From the NCBI GenBank assembly GCA_002269645.1, contig NIVC01002506.1:102265-166264 (forward strand): a stretch of 64,000 nucleotides of DNA, in the 5' to 3' direction. The position numbers and the translations under genes are program-made. Below are positions 10,500 through 23,800 of the stretch, piece after piece. Origin of the DNA: Macrostomum lignano. Its lineage: Eukaryota. The stretch's first letter is position 1, and every line of letters starts with the position of its first letter. The notes beneath the pieces are model-generated. The model searched no databases, had not been told where the DNA came from, and saw nothing but the letters and a program-made list of their open reading frames with translations.

Positions 10500-12710
10500 C
10501 AACATTAAAGAGCCACAATGTCAAACATTAAAGAGCCACCATGTCGAACATAAAAGAGCCACCATATCAAACATACAAGAGTTACCATTTCAAACCTAAA
10601 AGAGCCACCATGTCGAACATTAAAAAGCCACCATGTCAAACATTAAAGAGCCACAATGGCAAACATTAAAGAGACACCATTTCAAACCTAAAAGAGTTAC
10701 CATGTCAAACATTAAAGAGCCGCCAGGTCAAACATAAAACAGACACCATTAAGAACATTAAAGAGCCACCATGTCGAACATTAAAGAGCCACCATGTCAA
10801 ACATAAAACAGCCACCATTTCGAAAATTAAAGAGCCACCATTTTAAACATTAAAGAGCCACCTTGTCAAATATTAAAGAGCCACAATGTCAAACATTAAA
10901 GAGCCACCTTATCAAACATTAAAGAGCCACCATGTCAAACATTAAAGAGCCACCATGTAAAACATTAAAGAGCCACCATGTCGAACATAAAAGAGGTACC
11001 ATGTCAAACATTAAAGACCCACCAGGTCAAACATGAAAGTGCCACCATGTCAAATATTAAAAAGCCACCATGTCAAACATTAAAGAGCCACCAGGTCAAA
11101 CATGAAAGTGCCACCAGGTCAAACATATACATGACTCCATGTCAAACATTAAAGAGCCACCATGTCGAACATAAAAGGGCCACCATGTCAAATATTAAAG
11201 AGCCACCATGTCAAACATTAAAGAGCCACCAGGTCAAACATGAAAGTGCCACCATGTAAAACATTAAAGAGCCACCATGTCAAACATTAAAGAGCCACCA
11301 GGTCAAACATATACATGACTCCATGTCAAACATTAAAGAGCCACCATGTCGAACATAAAAGGGCCACCATGTCAAATATTAAAGAGCCACCATGTCAAAC
11401 ATTAAAGAGCCACCAGGTCAAACATGAAAGTGCCACCATGTAAAACATTAAAGAGCCACCATGTCGAACATTTAAGAAGCACCATGTCAAACATAAAATA
11501 GCCACCATGTGAAACATATAGGTGACTCCATGTAAAACATTAAAGAGCTACCATACCAGACATATACATGACTCCATGTCAAACATATACGTGACTCCAT
11601 GTTAGACATTTAAGAGCCACCATGTCGAACATTAAAGAGCCAACGTGTTAAAAATACAAGAGCCACCAGGTCAAACATATATATGACTCCATGTCAAACA
11701 TTAAAGAGCCACCATGTCGAACATAAAAGGGCCACCATGTCAAATATTAAAGAGCCACCATGTCAAACATTTAAGAGCCACCATGTCAAACATATACATG
11801 ACTCTATGTCAAACGTTAAAGAGACACCATGTCAAACATTACAGAGCCACCATGTCAAACATTTAAGAGCCACCAGGTCAAACATGAAAGTGCCACCATG
11901 TAAAACATTAAAGAGCCACCATGTCAAACATATACGTAACTCCATGTCAAACATTGAAGAGACCCCATGTCAAACATTAAAGAGCCACCACGTCGAACAT
12001 AAAAGAGCCACCATGTAAAACATATACGTAACTCCATGTCAAACATTGAAGCGACACCATGTCGAACATAAAAGAGCCACCATGTCGAACATTAAAGAGC
12101 CACCATGTCGAACATAAAAGAGCTACCATGTCAAACATTAAAGAGCCACCATGTTAAACATAAAAGAGCCATCATGTCAAACATATAAGTGACTTTATGT
12201 CGAACATTAAAGAGCCACCATGTCTAACATTAAAGAGCCACCATGTCCAACATTAAAGAGCCACCATGTCAAAAATTAAAGAGCCACCATGTCTATCATT
12301 AAAGAGCCATCATGTCAAACATTAAAGAGCTACTTTGTCTAACATTAAAGAGCCACCATGTCAAACATTAAAGAGCTACTTTGTCTAACATTAAAGAGCC
12401 ACCATGTCAAACATTAAAGAGCCACCATGTCAAACATTAAAGAGCCACCATGTCAAACATAAAAGAGCCACCTTTTTGAACATTAAAAAGCCACTTTGTA
12501 AAACATAGAAGAGCCCCCATGTCAAACATAGAAGAGCCCCCATGTCAAACATAGAAGAGCCCCCATGTCAAACATAGAAGAGCCCCCATGTCAAACATAG
12601 AAGAGCCACTATGTCAGACATTGAAAAGCCACCGTATCAAACATAAAAGAGTTACCATGTACGAGCGTAGAACATAAAAGAGCCACCCTGTTAAACATAA
12701 AAAGATACAC
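10500..12710. repeat. 23-bp satellite array A1 in H1
   Basis: Unit aaacattaaagagccaccatgtc with many variants. Confidence 0.95.
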
Positions 12711-12789
12711 AATTTCAAACGTAAAAGTAAGCGAATTTTAAAGGAGCCGCTATAATGCTAAGGAAATTGTCGCACTAGCTACTTATTGT

Positions 12790-13225
12790 CTGGTGGATGC
12801 TTGCTATTTGGGGATGCTATCTATCTTGGGGATGCTTGCTATCTGGGGGATGCTTGCTATCTGGGGGATGCTTGCTATCTGGGGGATGCTTGCTATCTGG
12901 GGGATGCTTGCTATCTGGGGGATGCTTGCTATCTGGGGGATGCTTGCTATCTGGGGGATGCTTGCTATCTGGGGGATGCTTGCTATCTGGGGGATGCTTG
13001 CTTTCTGGGGATGCTTGCTATCTGGGGGATGCTTGCTATCTGGGGGATGCTTGCTATCTGGGGGATGCTTGCTATCTGAGGGATGCTTGCTATCTTGGGG
13101 ATGCTTGCTATCTGGGGATGCTTGCAATCTGGGGGATGCTTGCTATCTGGGGGATGCTTGCCATCTTGGGGATGCTTGCTATCTAGGGGATGCTTGCTAT
13201 CTGGGGGATGCTTGCAGTCTTGGGA
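12790..13225. repeat. 18-bp tandem repeat in H1
   Basis: Unit gggggatgcttgctatct. Degenerate relatives at ~29590-29900 and ~37340-37580. Confidence 0.95.
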
Positions 13226-13994
13226 TGATTTCTTTTTGCAATGCACTTCATTTGAGCAGTTTGTCTGTTGTCTTTTTGAAGGATTTTTGGCTGTCTTTTT
13301 GTTACTTTAGAAAACAGAGATTCTATCCAGATGTCCCCCATCGGGGGGCGAAGATTGCTAGTCCTATACACTAAAAATGGTCTGTCTGTGTCTATCTATC
13401 TATCTATCTATCTATCTATGTGATCGATTAGAGAAAAAATGGCTGGACCGATTTTGTTCGAACTTGCACTGTTCGATCAGAAATTTTCCCGTGACGGTAC
13501 ATGCATCGTGGCTAAGAAATAGCTCGATGCTAAAGGCATTAAATATTCAAAAAACATGCTTTTTTGCAAAGGTCAAGCAAACTTTTCGACTTGAAATGCA
13601 TTGTAAGAATGCTAGAGAAAAAACTGACTGGTTGAATTCTGATTCTGAAATAGATTGCATCATAACTGAATTGTAACTCCGACTTGAATTGAAAATGCAG
13701 TGTGGAAGCGTAGCACCAGACTTGATTTAAATTGCGTAACCATATTGTTAACTGATACTGACTGACTGAGAAACTGATTATGTCATAACTGCTTCGTGTG
13801 ATTTACTCTATGCTTGGATTTTAAAGTGTTGAATTATATAAGTGAAAAATTTGATGTTATCAAAACGATGAGAGCTAGCCTAGAGGTGAACAGACTGAAC
13901 TGCTAAATGCAGCGACGATGGTTCGAATTTTCATAGAGTATAATTTTTTTAATTAAAGCTTTTCAACGTCAGGAAAACTAAAAGACTTTTTAAA

Positions 13995-16071
13995 AAGAAG
14001 CGTCATGTAAAAATCATAGAAGCTTCATTTAAAAAATCATAGAAGCGTCATGTAAAAAATCATAGAAGCGTCATGTAAAAAATCATAGAAGCGTCATGTA
14101 AACAATCATGGAAGCGTCATGTAAAAAATCATAGAAGCGTCATATAAAAATCATAGATGCGTCATTTAAAAAATCATAAAAGCGTCATGTAAAAAATCAT
14201 AGAAGCGTCATGTAAACAATCATAGAAGCGTCATGTAAAAAATCGTACAAGCGTCATGTAAAATATCATAGAAGCGTCATTGAAAAAATCATAGAAGCGT
14301 CAAGTAAAAAATCATAGAAGCGTCATGTAAAAATCGTAGAAGCGTCATGAAAAAAATCGTAGAAGCGTCATGTAAACAATCATAGAAGCGTCATGTAAAC
14401 AATCATAGAAGCGTCATGTAAACAATCATAGAAGCGTTTTTTTTTAAAATCATAGAAGCACCATGTAAACAATCATAGAAGCGTCATGTAAAAAATCATA
14501 GAAGCCTCATGTAAAAAATCATAGAAGCGTCATGTAAACAATCATAGAAGCGTCATGTAAACAATCATAGAAGCCTCATGTAAAAAATCATAGAAGCGTC
14601 ATGTAAACAATCATAGAAGCGTCATGTAAACAATCATAGAAGCGTCATGTAAACAATCATAGAAGCGTCATGTAAACAATCATAGAAGCGTCATGTAAAA
14701 ATCATAGAAGCGTAATTTAAAAAATCATAGAAGCGACATGTAAAAAATCATAGAAGCGTCATGTAAAAATCATAGAAGCGTCATGTAAACAATCATAGAA
14801 GCGTCATGTAAAAAATCATAGAAGCGTCATATAAAAATCATAGATGCGTCATTTAAAAAATCATAAAAGCGTCATGTAAAAAATCATAGAAGCGTCATGT
14901 AAACAATCATAGAAGCGTCATGTAAACAATCATAGAAGCCTCATGTAAAAAATCATAGAAGCGTCATGTAAACAATCATAGAAGCGTCATGTAAACAATC
15001 ATAGAAGCGTCATGTAAACAATCATAGAAGCGTCATGTAAACAATCATAGAAGCGTCATGTAAAAATCATAGAAGCGTCATGTAAACAATCATAGAAGCG
15101 TCATGTAAAAAATCATAGAAGCGTCATATAAACAATCATAGAAGCGTCATGTAAACAATCATGGAAGCGTCATGTAAAAAATCATAGAAGCGTCATATAA
15201 AAATCATAGATGCGTCATTTAAAAAATCATAAAAGCGTCATGTAAACAATCATAGAAGCGTCATGTAAACAATCATAGAAGCGTCATGTAAAAATCGTAG
15301 AAGCGTCATGTAAAATATCATAGAAGCGTCATTGAAAAAATCATAGAAGCGTCAAGTAAAAAATCATAGAAGCGTCATGTAAAAAATCGTAGAAGCGTCA
15401 TGAAAAAAATCGTAGAAGCGTCATGTAAACAATCATAGAAGCGTCATGTAAACAATCATAGAAGCGTCATGTAAACAATCATAGAAGCGTTTTTTTTTAA
15501 AATCATAGAAGCGCCATGTAAACAATCATAGAAGCGTCATGTAAAAAATCATAGAAGCCTCTTGTAAAAAATCATAGAAGCGTCATGTAAACAATCATAG
15601 AAGCGTCATGTAAAAAATCATAGAAGCCTCATGTAAAAAATCATAGAAGCGTCATGTAAACAATCATAGAAGCGTCATGTAAACAATCATAGAAGCGTCA
15701 TGTAAACAATCATAGAAGCGTCATGTAAACAATCATAGAAGCGTCATGTAAAAATCATAGAAGCGTAATTTAAAAAATCATAGAAGCGTCATGTAAAAAA
15801 TCATAGAAGCGTCATGTAAAAATCGTAGAAGCGTCATGTAAAAAATCGTAGAAGCGTCATGTAATAATCATAGAAGCGTCATGTAAACAATCATAGAAGC
15901 GTCATGTAAACAATCATAGAAGCGTTTTTTTAAAAAATCATAGAAGCGCCATGTAAACAATCATAGAAGCGTCATGTAAAAAATCATAGAAGCCTCATGT
16001 AAAAATCGTACAAGCGTCATTTAAAAATCATAGAAGCGTTTTTTTTAAAAATCATAGAAGTGTCATGTAAA
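13995..16071. repeat. 23-bp satellite array A3 in H2 (first block)
   Basis: Unit aatcatagaagcgtcatgtaaac. Confidence 0.95.
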
Positions 16072-16577
16072 CCGTGACGGTACATGCATCGTGGCTAAGA
16101 AATAGCTCGATGCTAAAGGCATTAAATATTCGAAAAACATGCTTTTTTGCAAAGGTCAAGCAAACTTTTCGACTTGAAATGCATTGTAAGAATGCTAGAG
16201 AAAAAACTGACTGGTTGAATTCTGATTCTGAAATAGATTGCATCATAACTGAATTGTAACTCCGACTTGAATTGAAAATGCAGTGTGGAAGCGTAGCACC
16301 AGACTTGATTTAAATTGCGTAACCATATTGTTGACTGATACTGACTGACTGAGAAACTGATTATGTCATAACTGCTTCGTGTGATTTACTCTATGCTTGG
16401 ATTTTAAAGTGTTGAATTATATAAGTGAAAAATTTGATGTTATCAAAACGATGAGAGCTAGCCTAGAGGTGAACAGACTGAACTGCTAAATGCAGCGACG
16501 ATGGTTCGAATTTTCATAGAGTATATTTTTTTTAATTAAAGCTTTTCAACGTCAGGAAAACTAAAAGACTTTTTAAA

Positions 16578-19110
16578 AAGAAGCGTCATGTAAAAATCAT
16601 AGAAGCTTCATTTAAAAAATCATAGAAGCGTCATGTAAAAAATCATAGAAGCGTCATGTAAAAAATCATAGAAGCGTCATGTAAACAATCATGGAAGCGT
16701 CATGTAAAAAATCATAGAAGCGTCATATAAAAATCATAGATGCGTCATTTAAAAAATCATAAAAGCGTCATGTAAAAAATCATAGAAGCGTCATGTAAAC
16801 AATCATAGAAGCGTCATGTAAAAAATCGTAGAAGCGTCATGTAAAATATCATAGAAGCGTCATTGAAAAAATCATAGAAGCGTCAAGTAAAAAATCATAG
16901 AAGCGTCATGTAAAAAATCGTAGAAGCGTCATGAAAAAAATCGTAGAAGCGTCATGTAAACAATCATAGAAGCGTCATGTAAACAATCATAGAAGCGTCA
17001 TGTAAACAATCATAGAAGCGTTTTTTTTAAAATCATAGAAGCGCCATGTAAACAATCATAGAAGCGTCATGTAAAAAATCATAGAAGCGTCATGTAAACA
17101 ATCATAGAAGGGTCATGTAAACAATCATAGAAGCGTCATGTAAAAATCATAGAAGCGTAATTTAAAAAATCATAGAAGCGTCATGTAAAAAATCATAGAA
17201 GCGTCATGTAAAAATCATAGAAGCGTCATGTAAACAATCATAGAAGCGTCATGTAAAAAATCATAGAAGCGTCATATAAAAATCATAGATGCGTCATTTA
17301 AAAAATCATAAAAGCGTCATGTAAAAAATCATAGAAGCGTCATGTAAACAATCATAGAAGCGTCATGTAAACAATCATAGAAGCCTCATGTAAAAAATCA
17401 TAGAAGCGTCATGTAAACAATCATAGAAGCGTCATGTAAACAATCATAGAAGCGTCATGTAAACAATCATAGAAGCGTCATGTAAACAATCATAGAAGCG
17501 TCATGTAAAAATCATAGAAGCGTCATGTAAACAATCATAGAAGCGTCATGTAAAAAATCATAGAAGCGTCATATAAACAATCATAGAAGCGTCATGTAAA
17601 CAATCATGGAAGCGTCATGTAAAAAATCATAGAAGCGTCATATAAAAATCATAGATGCGTCATTTAAAAAATCATAAAAGCGTCATGTAAACAATCATAG
17701 AAGCGTCATGTAAACAATCATAGAAGCGTCATGTAAAAAATCGTAGAAGCGTCATGTAAAATATCATAGAAGCGTCATTGAAAAAATCATAGAAGCGTCA
17801 AGTAAAAAATCATAGAAGCGTCATGTAAAAAATCGTAGAAGCGTCATGAAAAAAATCGTAGAAGCGTCATGTAAACAATCATAGAAGCGTCATGTAAACA
17901 ATCATAGAAGCGTCATGTAAACAATCATAGAAGCGTTTTTTTTTAAAATCATAGAAGCGCCATGTAAACAATCATAGAAGCGTCATGTAAAAAATCATAG
18001 AAGCCTCTTGTAAAAAATCATAGAAGCGTCATGTAAACAATCATAGAAGCGTCATGTAAAAAATCATAGAAGCCTCATGTAAAAAATCATAGAAGCGTCA
18101 TGTAAACAATCATAGAAGCGTCATGTAAACAATCATAGAAGCGTCATGTAAACAATCATAGAAGCGTCATGTAAACAATCATAGAAGCGTCATGTAAAAA
18201 TCATAGAAGCGTAATTTAAAAAATCATAGAAGCGTCATGTAAAAAATCATAGAAGCGTCATGTAAAAAATCGTAGAAGCGTCATGTAAAAAATCGTAGAA
18301 GCGTCATGTAATAATCATAGAAGCGTCATGTAAACAATCATAGAAGCGTCATGTAAACAATCATAGAAGCGTTTTTTTAAAAAATCATAGAAGCGCCATG
18401 TAAACAATCATAGAAGCGTCATGTAAAAAATCATAGAAGCCTCATGTAAAAATCGTATATACAAGCGTCATTTAAAAATCATAGAAGCGTTTTTTTTTAA
18501 AAATCATAGAAGTGTCATGTAAACAATCATAGAAGCGTCATGTAAACAATCATAGAAGCGTCATGTAAACAATCATAGAAGCGTCATGTAAACAATCATA
18601 GAAGCGTCATGTAAACAATCATAGAAGCGTCATGTAAACAATCATAGAAGCGTCATGTAAAAAATCATAGAAGCGTCATGTAAAAAATCATAGAAGCGTC
18701 ATTTGAAAATCATAGAAGCGTTATTTAAAAAAATCATAGAAGCGTTATTTAAAAAAATCATAGAAGCGTCATGTAAACAATCATACAAACGTCATGTAAA
18801 CAATCATAGAAGCGTCATGTAAAAAATCATGGAAGCGTCATGTAAAAAATCATAGAAGCGTTATATAAAAAGCATAGAAGCGTCATGTAAACAATCATAG
18901 AAGCGTCATGTAAAAAAATCATAGAAACGTCATGTAAACAATCATAGAAGCGTCATGTAAAAAATCATGGAAGCGTCATGTAAAAAATCATAAAAGCGTC
19001 ATGTAAAAATCATAGAAGCGTCATATAAAAAGCATAGAAGCGTCATGTAAACAATCATAGAAGCGTCATGTAAAAAAATCATAGGAGCGTCATGAAAAAA
19101 TCATAGAAGC
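16578..19110. repeat. 23-bp satellite array A3 in H2 (second block)
   Basis: Same unit. Largely a duplicate of the first block. Confidence 0.95.
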
Positions 19111-19868
19111 CTCATTTAAAAACTAATGAAAGTGTCATTTAAAAAATTAAGAAGCATCATGGTAGAATAAAAGAAGCGTCATGTCAGACATGAAGGGTGT
19201 CATGTAAAAATTAAATGCAGCTATAATGCTGTGCTGGGGAGAAAAACTGAGACGTAAAGGCTCTCAGAGAATAACTGATCAGAGAATAACTGAGATTACG
19301 GAGGGGGGGTTTCTGAGATGTCAAAGCAAAAGTCAGAAGCTACTTCAAAGTTCATGTACTTTACTCAATTTTTTATTGCATTCTTTGTTGGCTCGCCACG
19401 GGGGGTGCTGATAGAAGAAGTCATGTAAAAAATAAAAGTAGCACTATGTATACATAAAAGAAAAGTCATGTCGAAGTTAAAAGATTCATTTGGGAATTGC
19501 TACGATGTCAAAGCTTGGTGGAAATCGTTATAGTGCTGTGATTCTTAAAGAAGGAATCACTAAAATGTCAAGGCTTAGGGGAGAAGAATTGCTGAGATTT
19601 CAAGGCTTTAGGTTGGGTTAAAGTTAGGTTTAGGTCAGGTTTGGGTTGAGGGTTATATTTTATCGGGTTTCAAGGTTAACAGGGGATTTTTTAGATTTCA
19701 AGGTTAATGGGGGCCATCGCTGACATGTCAAGGCTTACAAGAAGCTTCATGTCGAAGTTAAGAGATTCATTTGGTAATCCCTACGATGTCGAGGCTTGCA
19801 GGGAATCGCTATAATGCTGTAGTAGTGCTATAATGACTCTTAGAGAGAATTACTGAAATTTCAATGCT

Positions 19869-19919
19869 TTAGGGTTAGGGTTAGGGTTAGGGTTAGGGTT
19901 AGGCTAGGGTTAGGGTTAG
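19869..19919 (+). repeat. Interstitial telomeric repeat (TTAGGG)n in the H2 tail
   Basis: Five perfect TTAGGG units plus variant units. Confidence 0.9.
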
Positions 19920-20705
19920 AAGGTTGACAGATATTTTTAGATTTCCAAGGCTTATTGGGGGCATTGCTGAGATGTCAAGGGGGGAAGTTGATATGTTAAA
20001 GCTTGTGGGGGGGGGAATTACTGACATGTCAAGGCTTACAAGGTTTGACAGGAGATTTTTTAAGATTTCAAGGATACATGTAGCTTACGAGCGTATTAAA
20101 AAAACGTGTATTGCATTTCTTTGGCTCCCCAACGGGGGGCGTAGATTGCTAGTCCATATACTAAAAATGGTCTGTCGGTATGTGTGTGTGTGCGTGTGTG
20201 TGTGTGTGATCGATTTTAGCAAAAACGGCTGAACCGATTTTCTTCAAACTTGCACTGTTCGATCAGAAATTTTTCCGTGACGGTACATGCATCTTGGCTA
20301 AGAAATTGCTCAATATTAAAGGGATTAAATATTCGAAAAACATGCTTTTTTGCAAAGGTCAAGCAGCTCTTTCGACTTGAAATGCATTGTGAGAATGCTA
20401 GCAGAAAAACTGACTGGTTGATTTCTGATTCTGAAATAGATTGCATCACAATACACTTTATTTATCGTCTGTGTACTGGCTGAATTTGACACTCAATTGA
20501 ATTGCGTCACAGCTTTGAGTGTGAAAGCATAGCGCAGTACTGAATTTATATTACGTAACCATATTGTAAACTTTCATAGACACTGGTACTGACTTGCCTA
20601 AGAAATTGATTATGTCATAACTGCTTCGTGAGAATTTTTACTCTACCTGACTTGGTGTGAGTGTTGAATTATATAAGTGGTACAACATCACTGATAACTT
20701 CGATG

Positions 20706-20765
20706 AGAGCTAGCCTAGAGCTGAACAGACCAGACTGCTAATGCAGCGACCTAGGTTCGAATCTA
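20706..20765 (+). promoter_or_regulatory. tRNA-like Pol III cassette (A-box-like, CTGCTAA loop, B-box GGTTCGAATC) inside the Helitron; homologues at 10390-10445, 13871-13930, 16454-16513, 35199-35258, 37618-37678
   Basis: gagctagcctagagctgaacagaccagactgctaatgcagcgacctaGGTTCGAATCtaag. T-loop TTCGAAT in a weak stem, followed by an oligo-T run within ~40 nt. Confidence 0.55.
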
Positions 20766-20837
20766 AGTAGTTTATAAGTAGTAGTGTAAAATTTTTTATT
20801 AAAAGGTTTTATTAAAGGACTAAATAAAAACACTTAG

Positions 20838-23800
20838 ATTACTGCACTCGATAAGCTAAGGATTATTGCTATTAATAAACCAAGGATTACTGCACTCAAG
20901 AAGCCAAGGATTATTGCTATTAATAAACCAAGGATTACTGCACTTGAAAAACCAAGGATTACTGCACTCGATAAACCAAGGACTATTGCTCTTGGCAAAC
21001 CAAGGATTACTGCACTCGATAAGCCAAGGATTATTGCTCTTAATAAACCAAGGATTACTGCACTTGAAAAACTAAGGATTACTGCACTCGATAAACCAAG
21101 GACTACTGCACTCGATAAACCAAGGATTATTGCACTTGATAGGCCAAGGATTACTGCACTTGATAAACCAAGGATTATTGCACTTGATAGGCCAAGAATT
21201 ATTTCACTTGATAAACCAAGGATTATTGCACTTGATAAGCCAAGGATTATTGCACTTGATAAACTAAGGATTATTTCACTTGATAAACCAAGGATTATTG
21301 CACTTGATAAACCAAGGATTATTGCACTTGATAAGCCAAGGATTATTGCACTTGATAGGCCAAGGATTACTGCGCTTGATAAACCAAGGATTATTGCACT
21401 TGATAAACAAATATTGCACTTGATAAACCAAGGATTATTGCACTTGATAAGCCAAGGATTATTGCACTTGATAGGCCAAGGATTACTGCGCTTGATAAAC
21501 CAAGGATTATTGCACTTGATAAACCAAGGACTATTGCACTTGATAAGCCAAGGATTATTGCACTTGATAAACCAATGATTATTTCACTTGATAAACCAAG
21601 GATTATTTCACTTGATAAACCAAGGATTATTGCACTTGATAAACAAATATTGCACTTGATAAACCAAGGATTATTGCACTTGATAAGCCAAGGATTACTG
21701 CGCTAGATAAACCAAGGATTATTGCACTTGATAAACAAATATTGCACTTGATAAACCAAGGATTATTGCACTTGATAAGCCAAGGATTATTGCACTTGAT
21801 AAACTAAGGATTATTTCACTTGATAAACCAAGGATTATTGCACTTGATAAACCAAGGATTATTGCACTTGATAAACCAAGGATTATTGCACTTGATAAAC
21901 CAAGGATTATTGCACTTGATAAACCAAGGATTATTGCACTTGATAAACCAAGGATTATTGCACTTGATAAGCCAAGGATTATTGCAGTTGACAAGCCAAG
22001 GATTATTGCACTTGATAAACCAAGGATTATTTCACTTGATAAACCAAGGATTTTTTCACTTGATAAACCAAGGATTATTGCACTTGATAAACAAATATTG
22101 CACTTGATAAACCAAGGATTATTGCAGTTGATAAGCCAAGGATTATTGCACTTGATAAACCAAGGATTATTTCACTTGATAAACCAAGGATTATTTCACT
22201 TGATAAACCAAGGATTATTGCACTTGATAAACAAATATTGCACTTGATAAACCAAGGATTATTGCACTTGATAAGCCAAGGATTACTGCGCTAGATAAAC
22301 CAAGGATTATTGCACTTGATAAACAAATATTGCACTTGATAAACCAAGGATTATTGCACTTGATAAGCCAAGGATTATTGCACTTGATAAACTAAGGATT
22401 ATTTCACTTGATAAACCAAGGTTTATTGCACTTGATAAACCAAGGATTATTGCACTTGATAAACCAAGGATTATTTCACTTGATAAACCAAGGATTATTG
22501 CACTTGATAAACCAAGGATTTTTTCACTTGATAAACCAAGGATTATTGCACTTGATAAACCAAGGATTATTGCACTTGATAAGCCAAGGATTATTGCACT
22601 TGATAAACTAAGGATTATTTCACTTGATAAACCAAGGATTTTTGCACTTGATAAACCAAGGATTATTGCACTTGATAAACCAAGGATTATTTCACTTGAT
22701 AAACCAAGGATTATTGCACTTGATAAGCCAAGGATTATTGCACTTGATAAGCCAAGGATTATTGCACTTGATAGGCCAAGGATTACTGCGCTTGATAAGC
22801 CAAGGATTATTGCACTTGATAAACAAATATTGCACTTGATAAACCAAGGATTATTGCACTTGATAAGCCAAGGATTATTGCGCTAGATAAACAAAGGATT
22901 ATTGCACTTGATAAACCAAGGATTATTGCACTTGATAAGCCAAGGATTATTGCACTTGATAGGCCAAGGATTACTGCGCTTGATAAACCAAGGATTATTG
23001 CACTTGATAAACCAAGGACTATTGCACTTGATAAGCCAAGGATTATTGCACTTGATAAACCAATGATTATTTCACTTGATAAACCAAGGATTATTTCACT
23101 TGATAAACCAAGGATTATTGCACTTGATAAACAAATATTGCACTTGATAAACCAAGGATTATTGCACTTGATAAGCCAAGGATTACTGCGCTAGATAAAC
23201 CAAGGATTATTGCACTTGATAAACAAATATTGCACTTGATAAACCAAGGATTATTGCACTTGATAAGCCAAGGATTATTGCACTTGATAAACTAAGGATT
23301 ATTTCACTTGATAAACCAAGGATTATTGCACTTGATAAACCAAGGATTATTGCACTTGATAAACCAAGGATTATTGCACTTGATAAACCAAGGATTATTG
23401 CACTTGATAAACCAAGGATTATTGCACTTGATAAACCAAGGATTATTGCACTTGATAAGCCAAGGATTATTGCAGTTGACAAGCCAAGGATTATTGCACT
23501 TGATAAACCAAGGATTATTTCACTTGATAAACCAAGGATTTTTTCACTTGATAAACCAAGGATTATTGCACTTGATAAACAAATATTGCACTTGATAAAC
23601 CAAGGATTATTGCAGTTGATAAGCCAAGGATTATTGCACTTGATAAACCAAGGATTATTTCACTTGATAAACCAAGGATTATTTCACTTGATAAACCAAG
23701 GATTATTGCACTTGATAAACAAATATTGCACTTGATAAACCAAGGATTATTGCACTTGATAAGCCAAGGATTACTGCGCTAGATAAACCAAGGATTATTG

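Larger units (their letters stand above)
9915..13361 (+). mobile_element. Non-autonomous Helitron-like element H1
   Basis: A|TCctatatactaaaaatg start and ggctcaaccgattt head motif (Lep1/DINE-1-like). 3' hairpin ccccatcgggggg followed by attgCTAG|T. Confidence 0.8.
13362..20152 (+). mobile_element. Non-autonomous Helitron-like element H2
   Basis: TCctatacactaaaaatgg start, (CTAT)n and ggctggaccgattt head. Ends ccccaacgggggg-cgtagattgCTAG. Confidence 0.8.

Noticed and set aside
19869-19919. True chromosome end
   Set aside because: The tracts are only ~40-50 bp, internal, and embedded in a repeated element tail.
20706-20765. Functional tRNA-Ser gene
   Set aside because: The anticodon stem pairs poorly and there is no long variable arm. 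It is kept only as a tRNA-like cassette. The SINE heads and the PBS are likewise not tRNA genes.
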